From assembly GCA_000320545.1 (NCBI GenBank), contig ADNK01001280.1:14139-78138 (forward strand): a stretch of 64,000 bases of DNA, read 5' to 3'. Made by a program: the position numbers and the translations under genes. This document shows positions 41,535 to 50,780 of this stretch, one piece after another; the first letter of the stretch is position 1, and each line of letters starts with the position of its first letter. Source of the stretch: Bigelowiella natans CCMP2755. Its lineage: Eukaryota > Protista > Cercozoa. Under the pieces are notes generated by a model. It did no database searches. It saw nothing but the letters and a program-made list of their open reading frames with translations, and had not been told where the DNA came from.

Positions 41535-43671
41535 ATGCAGGCTCCGAAGCTAGGCAACCTCTCCCAATCAATTGCCTTTGATGAATATGGACAACCCTTC
41601 ATCATCTTGCGTGAGCAAGACAAGCAAAAGCGACTAAAAGGGAAGGATGCGCATAAAGCAAACATTCTTGCTGCAAAGTCGGTGGCAAACATCCTCCGAT
41701 CCTCGCTTGGTCCAAGAGGCATGGACAAGATACTTGTCAGTTCTGACGGAGATGTTACCGTAACCAACGACGGCGCAACTATATTACAGAAGATGGACGT
41801 CAGTCATGAAATTGGCAAACTGCTGGTGGAGCTTTCAAAATCCCAGGATGACGAGATCGGGGACGGCACTACGGGAGTTGTCGTTTTAGCGGGAGCCCTG
41901 TTGGACGAAGCAGAGAAACTTCTCGACAAAGGGTCAATTTAGTCTTTTTTTGTATATAAAATTTGAAATTGTTGCGCTTAAGAATTTCTATTCTTCCAGA
42001 ATCCACCCAATCCGGATTGCTCAGGGGTTTGAAGATGCATGTGAAATTGCAGTCAAACATCTGGGAGATATTGCGGATACTGTTCCTTGGTCAGAAGAGA
42101 AATTAGATGCGCTCTATGAGACGGCTGCAACAACATTAGGTTCAAAAATCATAAGCAGGTTTCAGAAGCAGATGTCCGAGGTAGTATATGAGGATTCAAA
42201 CAGTTACTTTCATCTAGAGAATATCACGTGCAGTATCTTTGATAAAGTCTATATGTTTGCTGAACGAGAAAATAAATATTATTTATGATACACGTTCTCT
42301 TCATCAGATTGCCGTCAACGCAGTACTCTCAGTTGCTGATTTAAAGCGCAAAGATGTCAACTTCGAGTTGATTAAGGTCGAAGGAAAAGTTGGTGGCAGG
42401 CTGGAGGATACCATGCTCGTTAAAGGAATTGTCCTTGACAAGGAAATTGCTCACTCCCAAATGGCGAAAGAGATCAAAGATGCAAAAATAGCAATTCTTA
42501 CCTGTCCATTTGAGCCTCCTAAACCAAAAACAAAACATAAAATTGACATATCAAGTGCCGAATCGTACCAGGTAGAGAAGTACTTCATATGTGACAAAGA
42601 GAATTGCATGAACATAAGCTTTTGTCTCAGAATCTGTACGATCGAGAGCAAAAGTACTTCAGGGATATGGTGAAAAAGTGCAAGGATTCCGGGGCTACTT
42701 TGGTGCTATGTCAGTGGGGTTTCGATGATGAAGCTACTCACCTTTTGATGCACAATAAACTTCCGGCAGGTAATGTTTTTAAGTATTGACCGAAAACAGA
42801 AAATTACATGTTCAATATCTTCTTTAGTTCGTTGGGTCGGAGGTGTCGAAATAGAATTGCTCGCCATCGCAACGGATGCTCGTATAGTTCCGCGTTTTGA
42901 AGAGTTAGATAGTTCTAAACTCGGAACCGCTGGTCATGTAAGGGAAATCAGCTTTGGAACGGACAACGATAAGATGGTGGTCATCGAGGATTGCCCCAAC
43001 AGCAAGTACATTTTTTATACCATATCCATCTTTTTTTTGTTCATTGATGTTCCGTGTTTAGGGCTGTTACCGTTTTGATTCGTGGAGGCAACCAGATGAT
43101 AATCGATGAGGCGGACCGTTCATTGCATGATGCAATGTGTGTTACCCGAAACCTAATTCGTGACAATCGTATCGTTTATGGTGGGGGCGCAGCGGAAGTG
43201 GCTTGCTCACTGAAGGTAAAATAATCAGTTATATATGAGCCAGCGTCCAAGGTATAATGTCTGTTGGTTTTTCTTTTGCAGATATCGGAGTATGCTGATT
43301 CTGTATCTGGTATTGAGCAATACGCAGTGCGTTCATTCGCTGACGCACTAGAACAAATTCCAATAGCACTCGCTGCAAACTCTGGACTTAAACCTATTCC
43401 GGTAGGTTAATCCTTACAATCAACAACCAATTATGTGATTACATTCGTTTTGCTATTTTCGCAGACACTCGCATCCGTACGTAAGGCACAAATTGAGAAG
43501 AAAAGTGCAAAACTCGGAGTAGATTGCATGCAAAGAGGTACTATGGATATGAAGGAGCAAAAGGTTTTCGAAACTTTAATTGGCAAGCAGCAACAGATGT
43601 TGCTCGCAACGCAACTTGTCCGGATGATTTTAAAGATTGATGATATAATTCAGCCAAGTGACAAGTTTTAA
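41535..43671 (+). CDS. CCT5: Chaperonin CCT/TRiC epsilon subunit, multi-exon
   Basis: [62 protein letters not shown] and [11 protein letters not shown]. Confidence 0.97.
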
Positions 43672-43929
43672 GCTTAGATAGACGCTGGAGTAGATAAGAA
43701 TTTGAGATGAAGACCAAAACCTTTTAATCTACAATTTCGGGGCTAGCTAGATCTTTTCCTTGAGGTAACATACATACATGATGACTAATGTGTGGACAAA
43801 CTAAGAAGAAAAAATTAGGACATGTCGTATCGGAGATTCACAATTGCAATTGTCATTTTCGGTGTTCGAAAATAGTCAAGCAAAAAGTCCAAGCGACAAA
43901 CAAAGGCGTCACAAGCCTCGTCCTTAATC

Positions 43930-44760
43930 TATTTGACTTGCAGGATAGAACGTTGTTGTGATTCACATTACAGTGAATTGTTACAAAGCAAAACATGCGG
44001 CAGATTGAATTGCATCACAGAAGGGCACATGCTGGCTAATCTAGTAATTCAGATTTCATCAATTTGCTCGCTGCGATGCTACAACAAAACGAGCGACGGG
44101 CGCGCACTCGCAAGCTCGATTCTCGTTACGATGTGCCTCGCAACTGATTAGCTGTTCAACGGTCGAAATCATGATGCGCGCTACGACCATGATGACATCA
44201 TGCATCTCGAACTCTGGAGCTTCTCTCGCCGTCCTAGCGTTGTCGTCGATCGCTGCAACGATGTTAGCACTAACTAGAGCACTAGAGCATGTCACGTGCA
44301 TGCGATGTAGCATGCATCGCAGATCGCTAGCATGCATGGATCGTGATGTGCCACTGCTAGACTGCTACGCTAGCTGCTAGGCTCTAGCAGCTGCTAGGGC
44401 TCACTGGACTGCGCTAGTGCGAGCTAGCGAGCTAGCGAGGTGTGCTCACTAACAATGCTAGCAGTGTGGCTCACTAGCTCAGCTAGTCAGGGCGGCACAC
44501 GTGTGTGCCCTGCTCCTCTAGTCCTGTACTGACACGTAACACACCTCGACAAGTTTGATCAGCAGATCAGCAGGGTGCCGGAGTGAACCAAGAGCCAGAG
44601 AGGTCTAGAGGTTGCCAACGATGTTGGGTGCGTGCGTGAACGCCGGTGCCGCAAGAGCAACGAACGTTTTTTTTGCCACTGCGTGCTGCCTGGCTGCACA
44701 CGCGCGGGACGATCGTTCCAATCGTCCCAGCAGCGGTGCAGTTGAAAGGGTCGTGGTTGT
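43930..44760. other. CTAG-rich, partly TpA-depleted island that received the LTR insertion (continues ~50200-50700)
   Basis: Very dense GCTAGC/CTAG at 44230-44520. 44540-44760 has TA only in CTAG. Confidence 0.7.
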
Positions 44761-45086
44761 TGTAGCGCGTACCACTACGCGGGCACAAGTCACGTGCGAC
44801 AACAAAGGGGTTGTCGCGGATATAGAATATAGATAACGTAGATATTAATACAGCATAGGCACGTGGGTTCCGGCGGGACTCATGGCAGCACACCGGAAGT
44901 GTGCTGCCCCACGTGCGGCGGCATTCGCGAAAGCTTCGCGAATGATTACGCAGTGCACGATTTAATAAAAATATAATCTTTAATAAAAATAAACACAACT
45001 CTTCAAAAGGAAGCAAACGTGCCTTTCCCCCCCCCTGCCTACTTGTGCACGTAGCGCCTCGGCCTGTGAACACCTTACGCGCAACA
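44761..45086 (+). repeat. 5' LTR
   Basis: tgtagcgcgt...acgcgcaaca, with a 9/10 terminal inverted match. Confidence 0.96.
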
Positions 45087-45091
45087 ACCTT

Positions 45092-45109
45092 TGGCTTCCA
45101 CACACGGGA
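45092..45109 (+). other. Candidate primer-binding site
   Basis: TGGCTTCCACACACGGGA lies 5 nt after the LTR. TGG is complementary to tRNA CCA. The tRNA identity was not determined. Confidence 0.6.
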
Positions 45110-45125
45110 AACGATTTGACTAACA

Positions 45126-46931
45126 ATGTCACAGCAGCTAGAAGAACAGCAGGACTTTGGCTCGCAGGCCGTGCAAGGGCACGAGCAGAAACAGGAAAGG
45201 AAGGGCGATACGGACGCTAAGGAAGGAGGAGGAACACCTCCACAGGCACCGCCGGGACCAGCACCCGGGATTAAGAAAGCAGATGCAGCAGCAGAGGCAC
45301 TGGAGAACTTCTACGAGGCGGACGACGAGGACGTGGCCGCCGAAAGCAAGAAGGTCGTAATGGCATTACGAGCCTTGCGACCCAGGGCGAGCAACTACGC
45401 CAAACTGAAAGTATCGATAGAATACAAGTATCAGACACATGATGTTTGGGCAGCTATCATGCAGGACATCATGGATTACGAAGCAGACTTACCTCCAGAG
45501 TGGGCAGCTTTGTTTAGGAACGACGGGGGTCTGGGCGCCTCGCGGGGGACGACCCAGAGCACCGTCAAGCAGCAGCAGCCGGTACAGCGGAACACCCAGT
45601 TCATGTCTGTTAAAACAGCACCGGTTATGATAACGAAATACAACGGGAAAAGAGGTGAGGCAAGGAGGTGGTGGAAGAACGCTAGGAGTATACTCTGCGA
45701 CTTTACCCCTAACCCCACCGAAAACGACAAGCTCAAATGGCTAGCTATAATAAAGCAAGCCATGGACCTTTACGAGACAGGCAGGACCCGGATCAGGCAG
45801 CTAGAGAAAATACACACTACAGTTAGTGGGCTACGAGACGTTGAGGCGATAATGAAGGCTTTTGTAAATGAACAGGATGCTAACTCCCTACCCCAGGCTA
45901 TTAGAAAATACAGAGCAATGATGCAGCATGAGAGAGAACCTGTTAGAGACTTTGCCACGCGCTTCCAGGATATGATCGACGAACTACATGATTTTAATTA
46001 CAACACAGGTGATGATCAGGCAAGGTTTGAAGAGTTCAAGTTAAAGATAAAGGAATCCACTTACGTTACGGAGAAAGGCTACACCACGATGGAGGCAGCA
46101 GTGCAGGCTATATCCCTACGCGAGCAGGAGCAGGACCGCAAGTTTACCAGCCCTAAGGTACCTGGCATAGGAAACATTAACGCTATTAAGCCGCAGCGAG
46201 ACTGGTACAAGGACAGGGAAGGTAACCGACGTTGCGGATACTGCTCACGTAAAGGGAAACACACCGCTAAAGACTGCAGAGACAGGAAAGAAGGACGACC
46301 CAGGATGACGATCAGGCAGCTCAACGAACACTACGAGAAGTTAAAGAGAAAGAAAGGCAGAGGACAAGGATATAACAACAGCAAATGGCAAGGCAGCAAC
46401 AACGGGAAGAACAATAAATATAAGAACAAAAAGCAGAACAGTATCAATGCTATACAGCAGCAGATAAACGGAATATTAGATCACCTTAAGCAGGCGCCGA
46501 CGAAGACAGCAGTACCAGCAACGCAGGACCAAGACAAGCCCATGACCCTAGACGACATAAAGAACTTAGGAGTATGCAACATTAATGACGAAGACGCTAA
46601 CAGGACTATCAAAGTTGCTATGACCAAGGTTAAAGTTAAAGACAGCTACGGAGACTACAAGAAACTACCTGCCCTTTGGGATAGTGGCAGCATGCCGAAG
46701 TCCTTCATAAGCCTAAGCACAGTAAGAAGGTTAGGACTATTGGATCAAGTGACTAAGAAAGAACGTAAATATGCTCAAGCAGACGGAAGCTCTTCCATGA
46801 AGACCGTCGGTGAGCTAATGCTAAAGCTACAGATACCTGGCAGCGACGCGGAGACCCAAATCAGACCCGGCTACTGGACAAGACCCCCCCAGCTGATGAT
46901 TGGGATATCGACAAAGGCAAAAAGTACATAA
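45126..46931 (+). CDS. gag: Gag-protease polyprotein
   Basis: Capsid-like QHEREPVRDFATRF, zinc knuckle CGYCSRKGKHTAKDC, aspartic protease ALWDSGS, YAQADG and LMIG. Confidence 0.9.
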   Translation: MSQQLEEQQDFGSQAVQGHEQKQERKGDTDAKEGGGTPPQAPPGPAPGIKKADAAAEALENFYEADDEDVAAESKKVVMALRALRPRASNYAKLKVSIEYKYQTHDVWAAIMQDIMDYEADLPPEWAALFRNDGGLGASRGTTQSTVKQQQPVQRNTQFMSVKTAPVMITKYNGKRGEARRWWKNARSILCDFTPNPTENDKLKWLAIIKQAMDLYETGRTRIRQLEKIHTTVSGLRDVEAIMKAFVNEQDANSLPQAIRKYRAMMQHEREPVRDFATRFQDMIDELHDFNYNTGDDQARFEEFKLKIKESTYVTEKGYTTMEAAVQAISLREQEQDRKFTSPKVPGIGNINAIKPQRDWYKDREGNRRCGYCSRKGKHTAKDCRDRKEGRPRMTIRQLNEHYEKLKRKKGRGQGYNNSKWQGSNNGKNNKYKNKKQNSINAIQQQINGILDHLKQAPTKTAVPATQDQDKPMTLDDIKNLGVCNINDEDANRTIKVAMTKVKVKDSYGDYKKLPALWDSGSMPKSFISLSTVRRLGLLDQVTKKERKYAQADGSSSMKTVGELMLKLQIPGSDAETQIRPGYWTRPPQLMIGISTKAKST

Positions 46932-49822
46932 ATAAAATATTAAACGAGAAGTACTCTGACATCACCAAGCCGACGACGAAGCCCTCCAGCAAGCTTACCC
47001 CAGTAAAGATCGAGCTAAAGAAGGGATACGAAGAGTGCATCATCAATGACCCAGAACATAGGCGACCGGAAGCGGACTGGGAAAAGATAGAGTGGCAGAT
47101 CAATGAATGGGCAAAGGAAGGGAAGATAGAGCCAAGCAACTCACCATGGAACGTGAGACATGTGCTAGCTAAGAAACCTACTTACCCTTTCTTCCGCCTG
47201 GCGCACAACTTCATCCGCCACAACCGAGTAATAAAGAGGATCCAGACACCTACACCAAGGATAGATGACGTTATTGAACACGTCATAGGATACAAATACT
47301 ACTCTTCCCTAGATAAAAATGAATCATACATGCAGACACCCATCCACAAAACCTCCCGCCCCATTACCGCGTTCTCCAGCAGGCACAGGAAGTGGCACTT
47401 CGTCGTATTCCCTTACGGCCTAAGCATATCAGGGGATGCGTTCAGTAGTCAGAACTACAGGGCATACACACATGATGGGATGGCGTCTGTGTTGTGGGTG
47501 TTTGTGTTTGTGTATGTGGATGATGACATAATATGTACCAACACAGTCGTCGCTCAGATCTTCCTCCTGGAAAATATATTTATTAGGTTTGCACACTTCG
47601 GTTTTACTATTAGACTGCAGAAGTGTACATTCCTAGCTACAAGAATCAAGTGGTGTGGATATTACCTGGAGCAAGGCCGCATCACCCCAAACCCCGAGAA
47701 AGTAGCAGCACTACAGCAAGCCCCTAAACCTAAGAATGCAAAGGAGTTAAAGTCATTCTTGCAGACTGCAGCTTGGATACTACGTAGGTTCTCCCCTACC
47801 TACGCTAGGACTGCAGCTGCTTTTACTACTGCTTACCGGAAGGAGAACTCTGTAGGCCTCAGCTTCGCTAAGGTGTGGGCCAAGGCTGGCCTTGATGCCC
47901 ACTTCGATAACCTAATAAAGTTATGCAGCAACACCCTATTGAATGCTAAGCTAGACACTACTAGACCAGCTACCCTATGGACAGACTGGTCTAAGCTAGG
48001 TATGGCTGCTGTACTTACCCAAGACCAGCAGATCATACGGGTGTGGGGCAGGGCCTGCACAGCAGCTGAGGCCAAGTACAGCCCTACAAAAGGAGAGTAT
48101 AAAGCCATGACTGAGGCGCAGAGGAAACTAAGATACTACCTGCTGTCGGTGCCCAGCTTCACCTTAATGACTGACCACAAGCCCCTCCTAGGCATCGACC
48201 GCAAGCTCGAAGCGCCTAACGATGAGTATGCAGCTATGAGGGCGGACACGGAAGAGTTTAGGGACAAGAGGACAGTGGTCTACGCACCAGGAGACAAGCA
48301 GCTTGCTGACTATTTCAGCAGGCTGTTCGAAAAGAAAGTCCCTACCCAGGTCACCCCTATGGTTAACGCGATTACCTTCGAGGACGGCGACTTCCTGCCT
48401 GAGCCAGAGGAGCTCCAGCACCTTCAAGAACACCTGGATAAATACAAACACAAGCATGAGGTACTTAGTGATAGGATATATGTATACACTAATAATGTTA
48501 GGCGTACCTACGTGCCACGGCGGACCAGGGGAGCCCTTCTCTTTACCGCCCATGGACCTGCACACGTAGGAGAAAACCATATCACTGCTCTACTCTACCA
48601 TTACTACTGGCCCTACAAGCTAAAAGAGATAAGGACATACCTGCGTGGCTGCAGGTGCTCCAGCTTGAAGGCGGCAGGCGTCGCCACCAAGGAGTCCAGC
48701 AAGAGCCGTGCATCTAAGAAAATCAAAGCAAGGAACTTCTTAGATATCGTGCAAATTGATGTTTATAAGTACGATGGCTATCACTACCTTACCTTCGTTG
48801 ATGTGGCCACTGGAAAGTGCTGGGTTAAAAAGATTATCAAGGTCAACGTTGCTAAGAAGAACAAAGGCTTATATAAGCAGAGGCTTACTAACTGCTACCG
48901 TACCTGGGAGTCTGAGCTCCAGGCTATCCCTGATGAAGTTAGCATAAACAAGATACCAAAGAAGTTACATGTGGATAATGAGACCTCTCTTCTACAGCTA
49001 CCACACCCTAATATTGATGCCTCACCTGTATACTATGCCCAGTCCAACTCCAAGGTAGAGCGACTCCACCGCACCTTGGCCAACCTAAGCAGGATAAATA
49101 GCACCACACCAGACAAGATACAAGGGTTAGTAAACGACACCTTCACGTCTGGGGGAGGTATCAAGGATAAGGAGAGGGAAGAAGGCGACGACAACGACGA
49201 CGATACCGAGAGCGAAGACGAGAAGGTCCCGTACGATGGCCGAGTTCTAAAGGAAGGACAGTATGTTAGGGCCAAGGTAAATCTGAGATCGAGAAATAAA
49301 CAAGACCCCTTCTGGGGTGGCGTTGCAAAGGTTACCGAGAGGAAGGGGAGGAAGCAGTACTACATCTATGATGGGAACAGGGTCACCTTGCGCCACATCA
49401 GTCACCTAAAGAATTATGATATCGGTGAGAAGCTCCTAGAGGATGTTAAAGTAAACCCTACTGTGTGGGAGCGAGCAATGCCTTGTTTAGGACCCCGACC
49501 TAAGTTCGATGTGGAATATGGAAACAATAAGGTCAGGGTGAACGACGATTGGCGCATGAAGATTGTCTATCTAGGCTACCCTGGATTACGAAATATGGAG
49601 AGGGTAGCTATGAAAATAAAGGACGGAAAATATCAGCTACTCTACCTAGCTGTTCCCGACTTACCCTTTGAGCACTGGTATAAGGTCCTGGGGGACCTTG
49701 ATGCAGAGGGCTGGTATGGACACGAACCTAAGGACGAAGGTGAGTTCTGGGTAAGCGACAAAGGAGATAAGGTTAGAGAGGAATCTATTACCTGGTGGTT
49801 GGTGAAGTTCCGAAAGCGATGA
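46814..49822 (+). CDS. pol: Pol: RT - RNase H - integrase - C-terminal Dam/DIRS-type methyltransferase-like domain; open from 46814 in the -1 frame relative to gag-PR
   Basis: GKIEPSNSPW, FPYGL, VYVDD, TDWSKLG, TDHKPL, LADYFSR, HGPAHVG..CRC, QIDV..HVDN..SKVERLH. Confidence 0.92.
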   Translation, partial: ANAKATDTWQRRGDPNQTRLLDKTPPADDWDIDKGKKYINKILNEKYSDITKPTTKPSSKLTPVKIELKKGYEECIINDPEHRRPEADWEKIEWQINEWAKEGKIEPSNSPWNVRHVLAKKPTYPFFRLAHNFIRHNRVIKRIQTPTPRIDDVIEHVIGYKYYSSLDKNESYMQTPIHKTSRPITAFSSRHRKWHFVVFPYGLSISGDAFSSQNYRAYTHDGMASVLWVFVFVYVDDDIICTNTVVAQIFLLENIFIRFAHFGFTIRLQKCTFLATRIKWCGYYLEQGRITPNPEKVAALQQAPKPKNAKELKSFLQTAAWILRRFSPTYARTAAAFTTAYRKENSVGLSFAKVWAKAGLDAHFDNLIKLCSNTLLNAKLDTTRPATLWTDWSKLGMAAVLTQDQQIIRVWGRACTAAEAKYSPTKGEYKAMTEAQRKLRYYLLSVPSFTLMTDHKPLLGIDRKLEAPNDEYAAMRADTEEFRDKRTVVYAPGDKQLADYFSRLFEKKVPTQVTPMVNAITFEDGDFLPEPEELQHLQEHLDKYKHKHEVLSDRIYVYTNNVRRTYVPRRTRGALLFTAHGPAHVGENHITALLYHYYWPYKLKEIRTYLRGCRCSSLKAAGVATKESSKSRASKKIKARNFLDIVQIDVYKYDGYHYLTFVDVATGKCWVKKIIKVNVAKKNKGLYKQRLTNCYRTWESELQAIPDEVSINKIPKKLHVDNETSLLQLPHPNIDASPVYYAQSNSKVERLHRTLANLSRINSTTPDKIQGLVNDTFTSGGGIKDKEREEGDDNDDDTESEDEKVPYDGRVLKEGQYVRAKVNLRSRNKQDPFWGGVAKVTERKGRKQYYIYDGNRVTLRHISHLKNYDIGEKLLEDVKVNPTVWERAMPCLGPRPKFDVEYGNNKVRVNDDWRMKIVYLGYPGLRNMERVAMKIKDGKYQLLYLAVPDLPFEHWYKVLGDLDAEGWYGHEPKDEGEFWVSDKGDKVREESITWWLVKFRKR

Positions 49823-49865
49823 AGGTCTAAGGGAATAAGGAAGGAAGGAAGGAGCAACGTGACTT

Positions 49866-49873
49866 GGGGGAGG
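49866..49873 (+). other. Polypurine tract
   Basis: GGGGGAGG immediately before the 3' LTR, with a further purine-rich run at ~49829-49853. Confidence 0.75.
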
Positions 49874-50199
49874 TGTAGCGCGTACCACTACGCGGGCACA
49901 AGTCACGTGCGACAACAAAGGGGTTGTCGCGGATATAGAATATAGATAACGTAGATATTAATACAGCATAGGCACGTGGGTTCCGGCGGGACTCATGGCA
50001 GCACACCGGAAGTGTGCTGCCCCACGTGCGGCGGCATTCGCGAAAGCTTCGCGAATGATTACGCAGTGCACGATTTAATAAAAATATAATCTTTAATAAA
50101 AATAAACACAACTCTTCAAAAGGAAGCAAACGTGCCTTTCCCCCCCCCTGCCTACTTGTGCACGTAGCGCCTCGGCCTGTGAACACCTTACGCGCAACA
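49874..50199 (+). repeat. 3' LTR
   Basis: Direct repeat of 44761-45086. Confidence 0.96.
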
Positions 50200-50780
50200 T
50201 TGTGGTGAGTGGGACGTGTTGACTCACCCTGTACATCCTTCTAGCCTTCTCAAACAGCAAAACCACCGTGGAAAATTGAGGGTTTGTTTCACATGAATGA
50301 AGTGATTCCAATGGTGCAGTTCAAAGGATCATGGGATGCGAACAAATGAATGAATGTAGCAGTTCCACAGAAGCTGGACAGAAAGTTGAAAGGGGGTCGC
50401 TCATCCGTGTCAGCTCATCCAACGACATGAAAAGACACGAAAACTCATCCAACGGCACACAAAGACAGGAAAACTGCGTTGTTTTTGCTTGTCGTCCGTT
50501 GTAAAACATTAGGTGTTCACTTGATAAGCGCGGATGATACGGCATTTCCGATTCCATTGCTCATGTCGCAGTTGATGATTCCCCTGCCTCATCAATTTTC
50601 ATTGCACACGGTGCACTTAGTGCAGCTACATTCAAACCGGACAATCCATTCCTAGTTCCAAGGGGACCAACAATGTACATGACATCTATCGTTGTGCTCA
50701 AATAACTCAATGCATGCATTTTCAATTAAAATTTGTGTCAGAGTTTTCAATTTAATTGTGGCGATTTGTTTAGCGGAGAT

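Larger units (their letters stand above)
44761..50199 (+). mobile_element. Full-length Ty3/gypsy LTR retrotransposon, recent insertion
   Basis: Two 326-bp LTRs with no differences seen by eye, TG...CA ends, and a 4-bp TSD TTGT (44757-44760, 50200-50203). Domain order is gag-PR-RT-RH-INT. Confidence 0.97.

Noticed and set aside
44567-45103. Duplicated minus-strand ORFs (also 49827-50186)
   Set aside because: They are antisense translations of the two LTRs.
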